A DNA stretch of 64,000 bases from Acinetobacter phage vB_AbaM_ME3, in sequence record KU935715.1, one strand, 5' to 3'. Position numbers and translations under genes: made by a program. Positions 19,338-28,545 of this stretch are shown piece by piece (position 1 is the stretch's first letter; every line of letters begins with the position of its first letter). The notes beneath the pieces are model-generated. The model did not search any database. It saw only the letters and a list, made by a program, of their open reading frames with translations, and was not told where the DNA came from.

Positions 19338-19712
19338 TCATGTTTGTAGAGTTTCCTCTAAAACCACTCTAATATATTTTTGTCTATAATGAGATTCTAT
19401 ACGAAATTCTAAAGGAACTGATACTTTAAATCCTTGAGGTATCACAACTGAGTCTTTAACAAAATTTAAGAAATCTACATCACTAGGAAATATTTGTCTA
19501 TATTTTAACTTAAGAGGAACAGATACAATCCAATAATTATGATTAGGATGTAATTTAATTTCATCAATTAGTTTCTGATTAATATAATCCTCTAATTCAT
19601 TCTTAAGCTTATTAAAATATTGTTTTTTATAGTCATCATAGGTTACATAACTAGTGTTTTCTATGACTTTAGATCTTAGTTCTTTAAGAGTTTCTAATGC
19701 AGTTTTCATAGT
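19338..19712 (-). CDS. hypothetical protein, paralog of 34621..34956; start moved to the internal Met
   Basis: Both proteins begin MKTALE(T/V)LKE and share a WIV-(V/L)PLK...P-GF core; the track's 5' extension (to 19847) runs into a GC-rich noncoding-like segment. Confidence 0.5.
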   Translation of the reverse strand, partial: TMKTALETLKELRSKVIENTSYVTYDDYKKQYFNKLKNELEDYINQKLIDEIKLHPNHNYWIVSVPLKLKYRQIFPSDVDFLNFVKDSVVIPQGFKVSVPLEFRIESHYRQKYIRVVLEETLQT

Positions 19713-19824
19713 ATACTCGGAGAATATGGCGGAAAAGGAGGAAGTCGAATCCTCAAGGCACTTATTCAGTACTCGACGCATTTCAAGTGCGCTGCCATCG
19801 CCAGTTGGCTTGCTTTTCCATGTA

Positions 19825-19962
19825 TTATTTTTTCTTTTCGTTATCATTATTACAAGCTGCGTTGCTTAAAGAACTGCACTTACTTTTAGGACCATCGAAA
19901 AACAAAGCATTTGTAATAGTAGGAGTAATAGAAAGAATAATTATAAATATAACATTTTTCAT
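19825..19962 (-). CDS. possible small secreted Cys-containing peptide (45 aa), below the ORF-track size cutoff
   Basis: Hand translation: MKNVIFIIILSITPTITNA (signal-peptide-like) then LFFDGPKSKCSSLSNAACNNDNEKKK; lies in an otherwise empty intergenic gap. Confidence 0.3.
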   Translation of the reverse strand: MKNVIFIIILSITPTITNALFFDGPKSKCSSLSNAACNNDNEKKK

Positions 19963-20009
19963 GATATACCTTAATATGGTGTAATCAATAGTTACCTTAC
20001 ATACATAAT

Positions 20010-20336
20010 TTATTGCTTCTTAGGATCAAATTCAATACCATGTTCGATCCAAGCAGTATTCATAGTTTCGATTTGAACATCAGCATAATACTTATCTAAG
20101 TCATCTGTTTTCAATGTAACACATTGGACACCAGGTTTATATGTATCTGTATAATACATCTTATTGGTAACTGCAAAAATTCTAATCCAAGCATACCTTA
20201 TAGTTCTTCCATCTTTTGTTGGAGGAGCAGGTGGGTCAACTTGAATATCAGCTTTACTTTTCTTTATTTTAAAAAGAACAACTATAAGTAAAATATTAAG
20301 AGCAACAAGAAAACCAATAATATGATAAGGAGTCAT
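20010..20336 (-). CDS. N-terminally membrane-anchored protein
   Basis: N-terminal TM helix IIGFLVALNILLIVVLF. Confidence 0.5.
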   Translation of the reverse strand: MTPYHIIGFLVALNILLIVVLFKIKKSKADIQVDPPAPPTKDGRTIRYAWIRIFAVTNKMYYTDTYKPGVQCVTLKTDDLDKYYADVQIETMNTAWIEHGIEFDPKKQ

Positions 20337-20346
20337 AGTAAAACCT

Positions 20347-20565
20347 TTAAGGAGTGTTCTTAGATTTTAATTCTTTAGATAATATTTTTGCTTTCTCTAA
20401 AGCTTCATGCAAACGTTTTCTAATATCTTCTCTAGTAAGATTTTCATTTACATTAAACAAGGTAGTACCAGAATTAGGAAAAGCTTGATTCCACTTATTT
20501 CCTAATTCAACTAAATCAATAATTTCAGGATTAAGGGTTTCTTCATTAAGATTATTTGAACTCAA
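20347..20565 (-). CDS. hypothetical protein
   Basis: ORF track. Confidence 0.5.
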   Translation of the reverse strand: MSSNNLNEETLNPEIIDLVELGNKWNQAFPNSGTTLFNVNENLTREDIRKRLHEALEKAKILSKELKSKNTP

Positions 20566-20851
20566 TTTTAAAATTTCCTAATAACTTAGAAATTATTTTA
20601 CTTATTTCTGGAGTAATCCTTGTAGTTAAAACTCCAGATGCCAATGATCTAATAGTAACCATATTATCATTTTTAGCATTAATGGTAATATTTAGAAGTC
20701 TTGTATTACTAATTGATATGACTTTATAAGGAATAGCTTCTTGCATATCATATGGAAGTTCAGGGACTTCACATAGATATGAAGTTTTAATTGAGACATC
20801 ATAGTTATTAATATCAATTTTATTTAAATAATCAATTACATCTTGATTCAT
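20552..20851 (-). CDS. hypothetical protein
   Basis: ORF track. Confidence 0.5.
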   Translation of the reverse strand: MNQDVIDYLNKIDINNYDVSIKTSYLCEVPELPYDMQEAIPYKVISISNTRLLNITINAKNDNMVTIRSLASGVLTTRITPEISKIISKLLGNFKIEFK

Positions 20852-20879
20852 TTCTGTTTATCCTACAATAAAGTCTAAT

Positions 20880-21080
20880 TTATAATGCACTTAAAGTGAT
20901 ATTAAACTCTGGTAAAGGTACAATTATTCTATAATGAATATAAACTATATATACATAATTTTTAATATCTGTATAAATCGCTGTAATTTCAATTCCTTTT
21001 GACTCTTCAAGCCAATCATTTAGCTCTGTTTCTAATAATGCTTTACAAGATGCTTCAAATATTTTAATTCGATCATTCAT
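20880..21080 (-). CDS. hypothetical protein
   Basis: ORF track. Confidence 0.45.
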   Translation of the reverse strand: MNDRIKIFEASCKALLETELNDWLEESKGIEITAIYTDIKNYVYIVYIHYRIIVPLPEFNITLSAL

Positions 21081-21281
21081 TATCTAAGCCTTTATGTATA
21101 GCAGGGTTAGTTTTTCTTGAGTTATTATATCTCTATCTTATAATGAAGAGTTATATACAATCTGCCTGATTCGCAACTTTGCGACATATTTATAATATAA
21201 AATGTAGGATTAGCGATTAACCAACTATTTACATATTTTTCTAAATCCATTGCGTTTAAAGCAGAAAACATTTTTATTTGA

Positions 21282-21539
21282 TTAATCATTACTAGAATTT
21301 TTAATTATCTCAGGATTTAGTTTAGTTCTAATAAACTCAACAAGACGTGCATCTTGAGAATCAGAACATACATTACAAATATTATCTACTACAGCATAAC
21401 ATCCAGTTTTATTTTCTCTCTCATTATACTCTTCAACTGTTAATTCTTTAACACCAGTTGTTCTTCTTTTACTTATATCAACATATTTTAATATTGTATA
21501 TAAGTATTCACCTGTGCAATTTTCTACTTGACATTTCAT
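21282..21539 (-). CDS. hypothetical Cys-rich protein
   Basis: CQVENCTG...CNVCSDS. Confidence 0.5.
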   Translation of the reverse strand: MKCQVENCTGEYLYTILKYVDISKRRTTGVKELTVEEYNERENKTGCYAVVDNICNVCSDSQDARLVEFIRTKLNPEIIKNSSND

Positions 21540-21865
21540 TTAGGACTTACACCAATAATAGTTTTAGTTGTAGGATTAACATATTTGTATTTAATACTAA
21601 ACAAGAAAGAATCACCTACAGATCTGCAACCACGATAACAAGCCCAAAAATCATTTGAATAGATTTTAAATGTACCTAATGAAGTTCCATAAGAGTCTAC
21701 TAAATCTACATTGTGAGTAGTACGATCTAATTTAGCAATAGTTAGATATTGATTTTTATAACAAATGGGATTAGTTTGAGAGCATTCAGGAGAATTTTCT
21801 TTATAAACACAAGCTGAACTAATTAATAAAAAGAAAGAGCATAAGAGAAGTTTAAAAAGATTCAT
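21536..21865 (-). CDS. secreted protein or lipoprotein
   Basis: Signal peptide MNLFKLLLCSFFLLISSAC. Confidence 0.55.
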   Translation of the reverse strand: MNLFKLLLCSFFLLISSACVYKENSPECSQTNPICYKNQYLTIAKLDRTTHNVDLVDSYGTSLGTFKIYSNDFWACYRGCRSVGDSFLFSIKYKYVNPTTKTIIGVSPK

Positions 21866-21868
21866 ATC

Positions 21869-22345
21869 TTATCTAACTCTATTAAAGAAAGTAATAGAGC
21901 CTTCATGAGGTATTGCAACTATTTCTAAAATTGAATGAATAGGATAATCAAAAGTACCAGGAACAAATTCATTCAATTCTTCTTTTAAACTATCAATATC
22001 TAATACATCAGAAATATTTAAAAGTTCTAAAGTATACTGTAATACTTCATTTTTATATGAGTAATATTCATCATCTTGCCAATTATATCTAAGGTTAGAA
22101 TTTTTATATTTAGTTCCTAATTCTTGTAAGGCTTTTCCAAATGCTTCGAAGAGTTCTCTATAAGTTGTCTGAAGTTTATTATAGGGCTCTCCCCAACCTT
22201 CGAAAACTTTTTTATTAAAATCAATAATATTGGTTTCAGTTACATAGTCAGCATCATTTTGATCAGCTTTAATTGAAACTACATATTTAGTCATTGAAGA
22301 ATACCTATTAATTATTATAATTATAAAATCTGGGACATGGAGCAA
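21869..22345 (-). CDS. hypothetical protein
   Basis: ORF track. Confidence 0.5.
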   Translation of the reverse strand: MLHVPDFIIIIINRYSSMTKYVVSIKADQNDADYVTETNIIDFNKKVFEGWGEPYNKLQTTYRELFEAFGKALQELGTKYKNSNLRYNWQDDEYYSYKNEVLQYTLELLNISDVLDIDSLKEELNEFVPGTFDYPIHSILEIVAIPHEGSITFFNRVR

Positions 22346-22593
22346 CCATTTTTATATAACTTATGCATCTGCATTTGATATCTAAATCAAAGTTATATAC
22401 AGCATGTCAGAACTGGCTGTTATTTTAAGAGGCACAACTATCTCTAATAATCTCACGTTATTATCACCGACCTTCTTTATGGTAAGATTATCCACTTAGC
22501 ACAGGCTTGCTAAGAAGCAGTAATACTTCAGGTCTATTACTCAACCCTGATACGTCTAGTGTATCACTCTATTCTCTTTTGCGACAGAGAAAT

Positions 22594-22908
22594 TTAGTTT
22601 GAAGTTTTCACTTCTAATTCTTTTTGATATGTTTCAACAGTCTTTTTAAAATTATCTTTACGAAGAACATCTTCTTTATTATTATAATCTGTATCTATAA
22701 ATGAACATAATTTTGTTGTTTTAATAACTGTATGATATCGTCTAGGTTCTTCTTCTCTTTTAATCTCTTTACAGATAACATCATCTGCATGTAAATTATA
22801 ATCATACTCTTTAGGATCAGAGGTACATGCAATTAAAAGAGAAGATAAACTTAAAATATAAATATACTTCATAATATTTACTCTAAAAAGAGATGGGATA
22901 GTTGTCAA
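22594..22908 (-). CDS. lipoprotein
   Basis: Lipobox LLIAC after an N-terminal hydrophobic segment. Confidence 0.55.
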   Translation of the reverse strand: MTTIPSLFRVNIMKYIYILSLSSLLIACTSDPKEYDYNLHADDVICKEIKREEEPRRYHTVIKTTKLCSFIDTDYNNKEDVLRKDNFKKTVETYQKELEVKTSN

Positions 22909-22945
22909 ATTTAAAAAATTGCCTATCCCATCTATTAATTGAAAA

Positions 22946-23320
22946 TTAGTTAGTATTTACTACAGGTGTTTCAACAATATACCTGCCAACTCTTTCTTCT
23001 ATTTGAGTAATACTCTTATTGGGGCAAGTCCAAAAATTATCATTGTAGTAATTATACTTAACACAACCTATGCTATTTGTTGTTATTTTAATAGGCCCAT
23101 TTTTATATTTATTATAAAGTTTTTGTTTTTCTTCTTGTATTCTTTTTGGTTCATAATATTTCTTATCAATTTTAATTTCAATAGGAACTAATATGAGGAA
23201 ACTTAAACTTATAATGAAAGTCTTTTTAGCATTTTTTGAATCATTATCTATAATAAACAACAGTGAGAAGAACAATAATAAAAGAAATGTAAACAATGTT
23301 AAACAAACAATAAGTATCAC
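22946..23320 (-). CDS. membrane-anchored protein, paralog of 24824..25132
   Basis: N-terminal TM; shared KNGPIKI...C-KYNYYNDNFWTC...I-QIEE core. Confidence 0.55.
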   Translation of the reverse strand: MILIVCLTLFTFLLLLFFSLLFIIDNDSKNAKKTFIISLSFLILVPIEIKIDKKYYEPKRIQEEKQKLYNKYKNGPIKITTNSIGCVKYNYYNDNFWTCPNKSITQIEERVGRYIVETPVVNTN

Positions 23321-23391
23321 AGTAGCAAACCTTCTTTATCAGGAAACAATTTTAGTATTAACCAACGAAAGAAATTTTGCATAATACTTCT

Positions 23392-23691
23392 CTATTGACG
23401 TTTAGTAGCTATGTAATCAACACCATCAATAGTAACAACAGTTTGGAGACGAGTTGTCTTACCTTCTGTTACAGATTGATTTGTAGATACTGTTGAATTA
23501 GGACATCGAATAATATTTAATTCGTGATCCATAGTGTCAGCTTGAAATTTATAAAGTTTACAATCTTCTAGCCCTTTAGTCATTGCAAGAGCTTTGCCCG
23601 CTACATATTCTTGACCTGGAGTTGTTGTATTGGGTTTATTACAAGCAGTTAATAATAAAGCTGTTACAGTAATAATAAATAGTTTATTCAT
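23392..23691 (-). CDS. lipoprotein
   Basis: Lipobox LLTAC. Confidence 0.55.
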   Translation of the reverse strand: MNKLFIITVTALLLTACNKPNTTTPGQEYVAGKALAMTKGLEDCKLYKFQADTMDHELNIIRCPNSTVSTNQSVTEGKTTRLQTVVTIDGVDYIATKRQ

Positions 23692-24214
23692 AAGATAAAA
23701 ATTCTTTTAAGGTTTTAGCGACATTTAAAGAAAGATGAGTACCAACTAGCTGTAAAGGACATACTTTATCTTCAATTATAATTTGACGGATATCAGTTGC
23801 ATTTAAAGTATAATGACTGTGATCAATTATTACTTGAGTTGAATTATAAAGATTTTGTAGTAAGTTATTACTTTGAGTAGTAGCCGAATCTTTATTAAAG
23901 CAAACATTACAAAGTGTTGAAGACCCTACAATAGATTTTAATTCATTTTCAATAAATACTTTCCAATCTAAGTCCTTTACAAAATCAGGCAAAGCAACAA
24001 AAGTGAATCGATGTATATCATCTTTAAATGCTTGATAAAACAAATACTTCCTTTGATCTACAGAAAAAGGATTCTTTTGTGTTTTTGATTCTTGAGAAGA
24101 TCCAAGAAATACAATTACATTTTCTGCTTGATTTAAAGCTTCTTTTATTAGTTGTTCATGAGCTAAATGTAATGGTTGGAATCTTCCTACAACAAAAGCA
24201 TACTTAAACATCAT
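23684..24214 (-). CDS. nicotinamide/nicotinate mononucleotide adenylyltransferase (NMNAT, NadM/NadR-type cytidylyltransferase fold)
   Basis: N-terminal GRFQPLHLAHEQLI (HxGH nucleotidyltransferase motif as in NadM-type NMNATs); 176 aa. Confidence 0.65.
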   Translation of the reverse strand: MMFKYAFVVGRFQPLHLAHEQLIKEALNQAENVIVFLGSSQESKTQKNPFSVDQRKYLFYQAFKDDIHRFTFVALPDFVKDLDWKVFIENELKSIVGSSTLCNVCFNKDSATTQSNNLLQNLYNSTQVIIDHSHYTLNATDIRQIIIEDKVCPLQLVGTHLSLNVAKTLKEFLSYE

Positions 24215-24512
24215 TAAATCTCTTTTTCAAAGATAGGTATAATTCGTAATCTTCTTTTTTCTTTTGTTCAAGCCTTTCACGAATTTTATCTTCTTCTTCA
24301 TAAATGAATTGAACTAGATCTACACTTCCACGCACAGAATCAAATGTAGTTTCAGATAAAGGAATATTATTTGAATTACAAAAATTAAATACATCTATGA
24401 CAGACATATTTGTTATAGAATGACGTTTTGTATCTATAACACGAGATGTAGTTACAACATTACTTCCATCTTTTAACTTAATAGTTACATGTTTGTAAAT
24501 ACCATAAAGCAT
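24204..24512 (-). CDS. hypothetical protein
   Basis: ORF track. Confidence 0.5.
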   Translation of the reverse strand: MLYGIYKHVTIKLKDGSNVVTTSRVIDTKRHSITNMSVIDVFNFCNSNNIPLSETTFDSVRGSVDLVQFIYEEEDKIRERLEQKKKEDYELYLSLKKRFNDV

Positions 24513-24515
24513 AGA

Positions 24516-24824
24516 TTAAGAACCATTAAGAAATTGTCTAGTTAACTCTCGCTCTTGCAAGACAGTTATATAATTTTTAGCAATCATTACACCTTGAACA
24601 TATCCTAACCAACGATGTTTCTTCGTTATAGATTGTTCTTGATTTAATAGTAATTCCTTTAACATCCATAAGAGATGAACATCATTTGTTTCATCACCCT
24701 CTAAAGGACGAATAACTAACGAAGGTGACTCAGTTTTATAAACTTCTAAATTAAGAATAGTTATATAACGATTAATAATGTTTTCACATTGAAGTTTAAA
24801 TTCTTCTATTACACTTATTGACAT
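24516..24824 (-). CDS. hypothetical protein
   Basis: ORF track. Confidence 0.5.
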   Translation of the reverse strand: MSISVIEEFKLQCENIINRYITILNLEVYKTESPSLVIRPLEGDETNDVHLLWMLKELLLNQEQSITKKHRWLGYVQGVMIAKNYITVLQERELTRQFLNGS

Positions 24825-25132
24825 TATTTAATTACCTTTCTTAGCACTGTTTTACATTCATCACTTTTAGTAAGAATAGAATATGAACAAACTTTCTCTT
24901 CTATATAAGAGATAGATGCATCATCACATTTCCAATAAAAATCATCATAGTATTGATATCGGTAACAATTCTGTCTGTGTTCTATAACTATTGGACCATC
25001 TTTGTATTTAATATCTTGTTTCTTTCTATATTCTTCTTTAGAAGGTATCATATAAATAAAGAAACTAATTAATAAAATATTAAGTAGAACAAATCCACAA
25101 ATAATTTGAGTAAGAGAGTATTTAGAAGTCAT
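24824..25132 (-). CDS. membrane-anchored protein, paralog of 22946..23320
   Basis: TM helix plus KDGPIVIEHRQNCYRYQYYDDFYWKC...ISYIEE. Confidence 0.55.
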   Translation of the reverse strand: MTSKYSLTQIICGFVLLNILLISFFIYMIPSKEEYRKKQDIKYKDGPIVIEHRQNCYRYQYYDDFYWKCDDASISYIEEKVCSYSILTKSDECKTVLRKVIK

Positions 25133-25147
25133 CAGGAGTTACAATAC

Positions 25148-25528
25148 TTATTTAGTTTTTTCGACAAGTTCATAATCAGAAGAGGAATCTTCAATTAAAT
25201 TCAAGTCATTTAAATGTTCATACAATGCAGCTTGAAATGCTGAAATAAATATGGAGTTTTTACTTTGAGAATGCTTACTCGCATCTTCAAACTCTTCCCA
25301 AAATTTATCAATAGTTGCTTGAGATGGTTTAATCTGATGCCAATTAGTTAACTTTATTAAAGACTCTTGTACATCTCTTAAATAAGGTAAAGCGAATTGC
25401 TTAATTAGATAATTATCACCTAATTGTTTTTGAGATAATTCTAAGTTTGCAATAATAGTTTTTATTCTAGACTTTATAGATGGTTTTTTAGAATCATCTA
25501 ATATAAATAAACCCATATTAATAGTCAC
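25148..25528 (-). CDS. hypothetical protein
   Basis: ORF track. Confidence 0.5.
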   Translation of the reverse strand: MTINMGLFILDDSKKPSIKSRIKTIIANLELSQKQLGDNYLIKQFALPYLRDVQESLIKLTNWHQIKPSQATIDKFWEEFEDASKHSQSKNSIFISAFQAALYEHLNDLNLIEDSSSDYELVEKTK

Positions 25529-25757
25529 TTAAATTAATAATTACACCAGTATTGTATTGATTACAAAATTCCTTAACTACATTTGATACTTCATCAGACC
25601 ATCCATAATCTTTTCCAATACTTGGGTATAATTCTAGTAAAGAATTTTCATAATAAGGAATAACTTTATCTTTTTCTAATAACGTAATAAAACCATTCCA
25701 AGAATGATTGCATTCTTTCTCTGCAAATGATATGAAATCACCTAAAGAAACTATCAT
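25518..25757 (-). CDS. hypothetical protein
   Basis: ORF track. Confidence 0.5.
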   Translation of the reverse strand: MIVSLGDFISFAEKECNHSWNGFITLLEKDKVIPYYENSLLELYPSIGKDYGWSDEVSNVVKEFCNQYNTGVIINLSDY

Positions 25758-25783
25758 TTAATAATCCTTATTGAAATTATAGT

Positions 25784-26074
25784 TTACTCAAAACAAGATT
25801 TAATTTTATTTTGTATACTATTAGCAATTACAGATCGAGCACTTAAATAAGCTTTTAAAATACGATTACCTTGTTCTTCTGAAAACACTACATGTGCTGT
25901 AACACCATCCCATAATTCTCTAATAGGTGTAATGTCTGTAGCACACCAATACTTAACATCAGGATGTTCTTTTAAATGAAATGTTACCGTATCGAAATGC
26001 CAATCATGAGGCTTAGTATATAAACTAGTACAAATTTTCTCTACAGTATTTTCCATTGTGTCAAATTGACTCAT
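25784..26074 (-). CDS. hypothetical protein
   Basis: ORF track. Confidence 0.5.
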   Translation of the reverse strand: MSQFDTMENTVEKICTSLYTKPHDWHFDTVTFHLKEHPDVKYWCATDITPIRELWDGVTAHVVFSEEQGNRILKAYLSARSVIANSIQNKIKSCFE

Positions 26075-26085
26075 TTTAACTCTCT

Positions 26086-26796
26086 TTATCCGATATGGAG
26101 TATTCCTATACCACCATTAGCAATCCAAGGATCAACAGATTTCTCTCTATCATCAATTAAAATGTGATTTTGATAATCTGGATATAACTTAGTGACTTCA
26201 AATTTATTTTCAGTTTTATTTACAAAATGGGCATCAATCTTTCCAACATGCTCTTCTAACCAATCACGTTTAGCTTGTTCAATGTCTTTTGTATGACTAG
26301 TAGTACCAACAGCAGATAAAATTACAACATGATCGTACTTAGCTCTACAATACTTTAAAAGTTCAATACCTTTTGAAAGTGGCCACATATGCCTAAAGAA
26401 ATCATAAGTAAACAAATCTTCTTTAATTTGATCTTTTTCTTCTTTTGGTAATTTAGAGAAGTCATGAAGAGAAGGATAACTACCTTTAATATAAGACTGT
26501 TTTATATAACGAGTATTGAAGTCTGCAAGAACTCCATCCATATCAAAGTATATAATTGTCTTAGGTTTTAATGGATCAATATGAATAGGAACAATAGTAA
26601 ATCGAATATTGATATCTAAATCAAGGGAAGTATTAACTTCACAAATATAGAAACCTGAACTTACTATTAAATCTGTAATTAACTTTCGACTTGGTAGAAC
26701 GCCTTTTCTAAAACGACCACACCATGTATCATGATACCAAACACAAACTTGTTCAGTAGATTTAATAGGAGTTCTAATTAGTTCACTATATTTCAT
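26086..26796 (-). CDS. HAD-superfamily 5'(3')-deoxyribonucleotidase (NT5C-like) with an N-terminal extension
   Basis: HAD motif I IIYFDMDGVLADFN, typical of 5'-deoxynucleotidases. Confidence 0.65.
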   Translation of the reverse strand: MKYSELIRTPIKSTEQVCVWYHDTWCGRFRKGVLPSRKLITDLIVSSGFYICEVNTSLDLDINIRFTIVPIHIDPLKPKTIIYFDMDGVLADFNTRYIKQSYIKGSYPSLHDFSKLPKEEKDQIKEDLFTYDFFRHMWPLSKGIELLKYCRAKYDHVVILSAVGTTSHTKDIEQAKRDWLEEHVGKIDAHFVNKTENKFEVTKLYPDYQNHILIDDREKSVDPWIANGGIGILHIG

Positions 26797-26802
26797 TTAA
26801 TA

Positions 26803-27102
26803 TTATCCATATTTCTTTTTAAGTCTTTCGTATTCTTGTTTTTCACGATCAGCTACTGATAGTCTATAAGCTTGTTCTTCTTTAATACGTTTTTCGTATT
26901 CTTCATCGGTTTCAAGTTCTAAGTATTCAGCTACAGCTATTTTATATTCTTCGAAATATTCAGATACTGCTTTTGTTGTAATATTAACATCATTAACAGA
27001 TAAGCCTAAACTCTCCACATGATTTATAATGCGAGCTAGAGACCAATCTTCAACATCAATAGTACGAGTTACACGTTGTTTAGTCATTAATTTATCCAAC
27101 AT
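26803..27102 (-). CDS. hypothetical protein
   Basis: ORF track. Confidence 0.5.
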   Translation of the reverse strand: MLDKLMTKQRVTRTIDVEDWSLARIINHVESLGLSVNDVNITTKAVSEYFEEYKIAVAEYLELETDEEYEKRIKEEQAYRLSVADREKQEYERLKKKYG

Positions 27103-27551
27103 TGATTCTTTTCAAAATATTCTAATACATCATAAAAATCATCTGTATCTTCAAATAGATTTTGAGATGAAGCTTCAATAAGTTCACATAGGAATTCATT
27201 ACACTCAGTAAGCGAAGAGAATCTCCAAACTTTTGAACCATCATCACAACCCTTAGTTTCTATAATATAAGGGTACTTAATGATATTATTTATGTCTGCA
27301 TAATCTTCTTCGACAAAGAACATATTATCTGGAGATCTATGAATAAAGATAAAAGGAGTACAAGCAATATAGCTATCCGAAGGCTCTTTAATATCTAATA
27401 GGTAATAGTTTCTTACAGATGAATACAACCAAAATAAAAGTTTACCATTATTTCTAATAAATGAATCTTTAATACAATCTTGAAAATAATCACTAACTTT
27501 ATCTATAGCACATTCATCAATAGCTATTTTTAATTGCACATTAATTACCAA
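27087..27551 (-). CDS. hypothetical protein
   Basis: ORF track. Confidence 0.5.
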   Translation of the reverse strand: MVINVQLKIAIDECAIDKVSDYFQDCIKDSFIRNNGKLLFWLYSSVRNYYLLDIKEPSDSYIACTPFIFIHRSPDNMFFVEEDYADINNIIKYPYIIETKGCDDGSKVWRFSSLTECNEFLCELIEASSQNLFEDTDDFYDVLEYFEKNQCWIN

Positions 27552-27873
27552 TATATTCTAGGTGAGTAGTAGATTCAATATATCTTTCTAAAAGAAGATT
27601 ATGAAATTCTTCATTAGAAGGAGTTACAAATCTTCCAAAAGAATTATTAATCCACGATTTAATTACTCTATCATTCTTCACTTTAAATGCGTAACAAGGA
27701 ATATGATAATGAAACCCATGATAATCTTCTTCACTCATCGTAGCAAAGTTTTTACCTTGCTCTACAATTAAATAAAATAATTTCTTCTTTCCTAATGGAA
27801 TACCTAAAAACTTTCTTTCTTTACTAAGCTTGTATAAGCCATTAGGCAATGTTAGTAATTTACTTACATTCAT
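27541..27873 (-). CDS. hypothetical protein
   Basis: ORF track. Confidence 0.5.
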   Translation of the reverse strand: MNVSKLLTLPNGLYKLSKERKFLGIPLGKKKLFYLIVEQGKNFATMSEEDYHGFHYHIPCYAFKVKNDRVIKSWINNSFGRFVTPSNEEFHNLLLERYIESTTHLEYIGN

Positions 27874-27885
27874 CTTTTGAGTCTC

Positions 27886-27987
27886 GTAAATTATTTAAGA
27901 TTGTAATCATACAATATTCTAATACAGATATTTTCAAGGCTAAGAGTTTTTTAAAACAGAATATGATTACAATCTTAAATAATTTAT
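27886..27987 (-). promoter_or_regulatory. perfect ~24-bp inverted repeat with 52-nt loop immediately upstream of the start of gene 27541..27873
   Basis: aaattatttaagattgtaatcat (27888-27910) is the exact reverse complement of 27963-27985. Confidence 0.4.
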
Positions 27988-28268
27988 AGCTTTTAAGAGA
28001 GGTACTTAAATATACCTCTCATGGTAGCTCACACCTACATCACATTCTAGAATAATTATATAATTGCCTAGGTAATATAATTATCAGCCTTGATGATTTT
28101 TAAGGCTCAGTACCAACTTCTATAGTCTATCCGAAGAGGGATATATAAAATTATTAGTACCCGAATTCTTTATTTCCAGATTGGCATTACAAAATACCAC
28201 AATACATACAAGGATAATTTAAGATTCTAGAATTACAATCTTCACAATCCTCATAAAAATAAAAAGTT

Positions 28269-28535
28269 CTAACACGATTCATAATTAAATTCTAAGAAAT
28301 AAGGAGAAACGTCATATTTTAAATGAGTTAATTTGAAACCTTCTTTATTTAAAGCTTTATCGAAAATATCAAAAAAGTGTTCTTTCCAAAACTCTACATC
28401 AATGTGCTGTGAGTTACTTTCATCCTTACCGAAAGTGAAAGTAGAAACTTGATTAAGATTTCGTTTAGGATGACCACTAATTAACCACTTAGCTATTTGT
28501 TCTAGGTAAGGAATACTATTGATATTTTCAGACAT
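28269..28535 (-). CDS. hypothetical protein
   Basis: ORF track. Confidence 0.5.
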   Translation of the reverse strand: MSENINSIPYLEQIAKWLISGHPKRNLNQVSTFTFGKDESNSQHIDVEFWKEHFFDIFDKALNKEGFKLTHLKYDVSPYFLEFNYESC

Positions 28536-28545
28536 AATATTTTAT

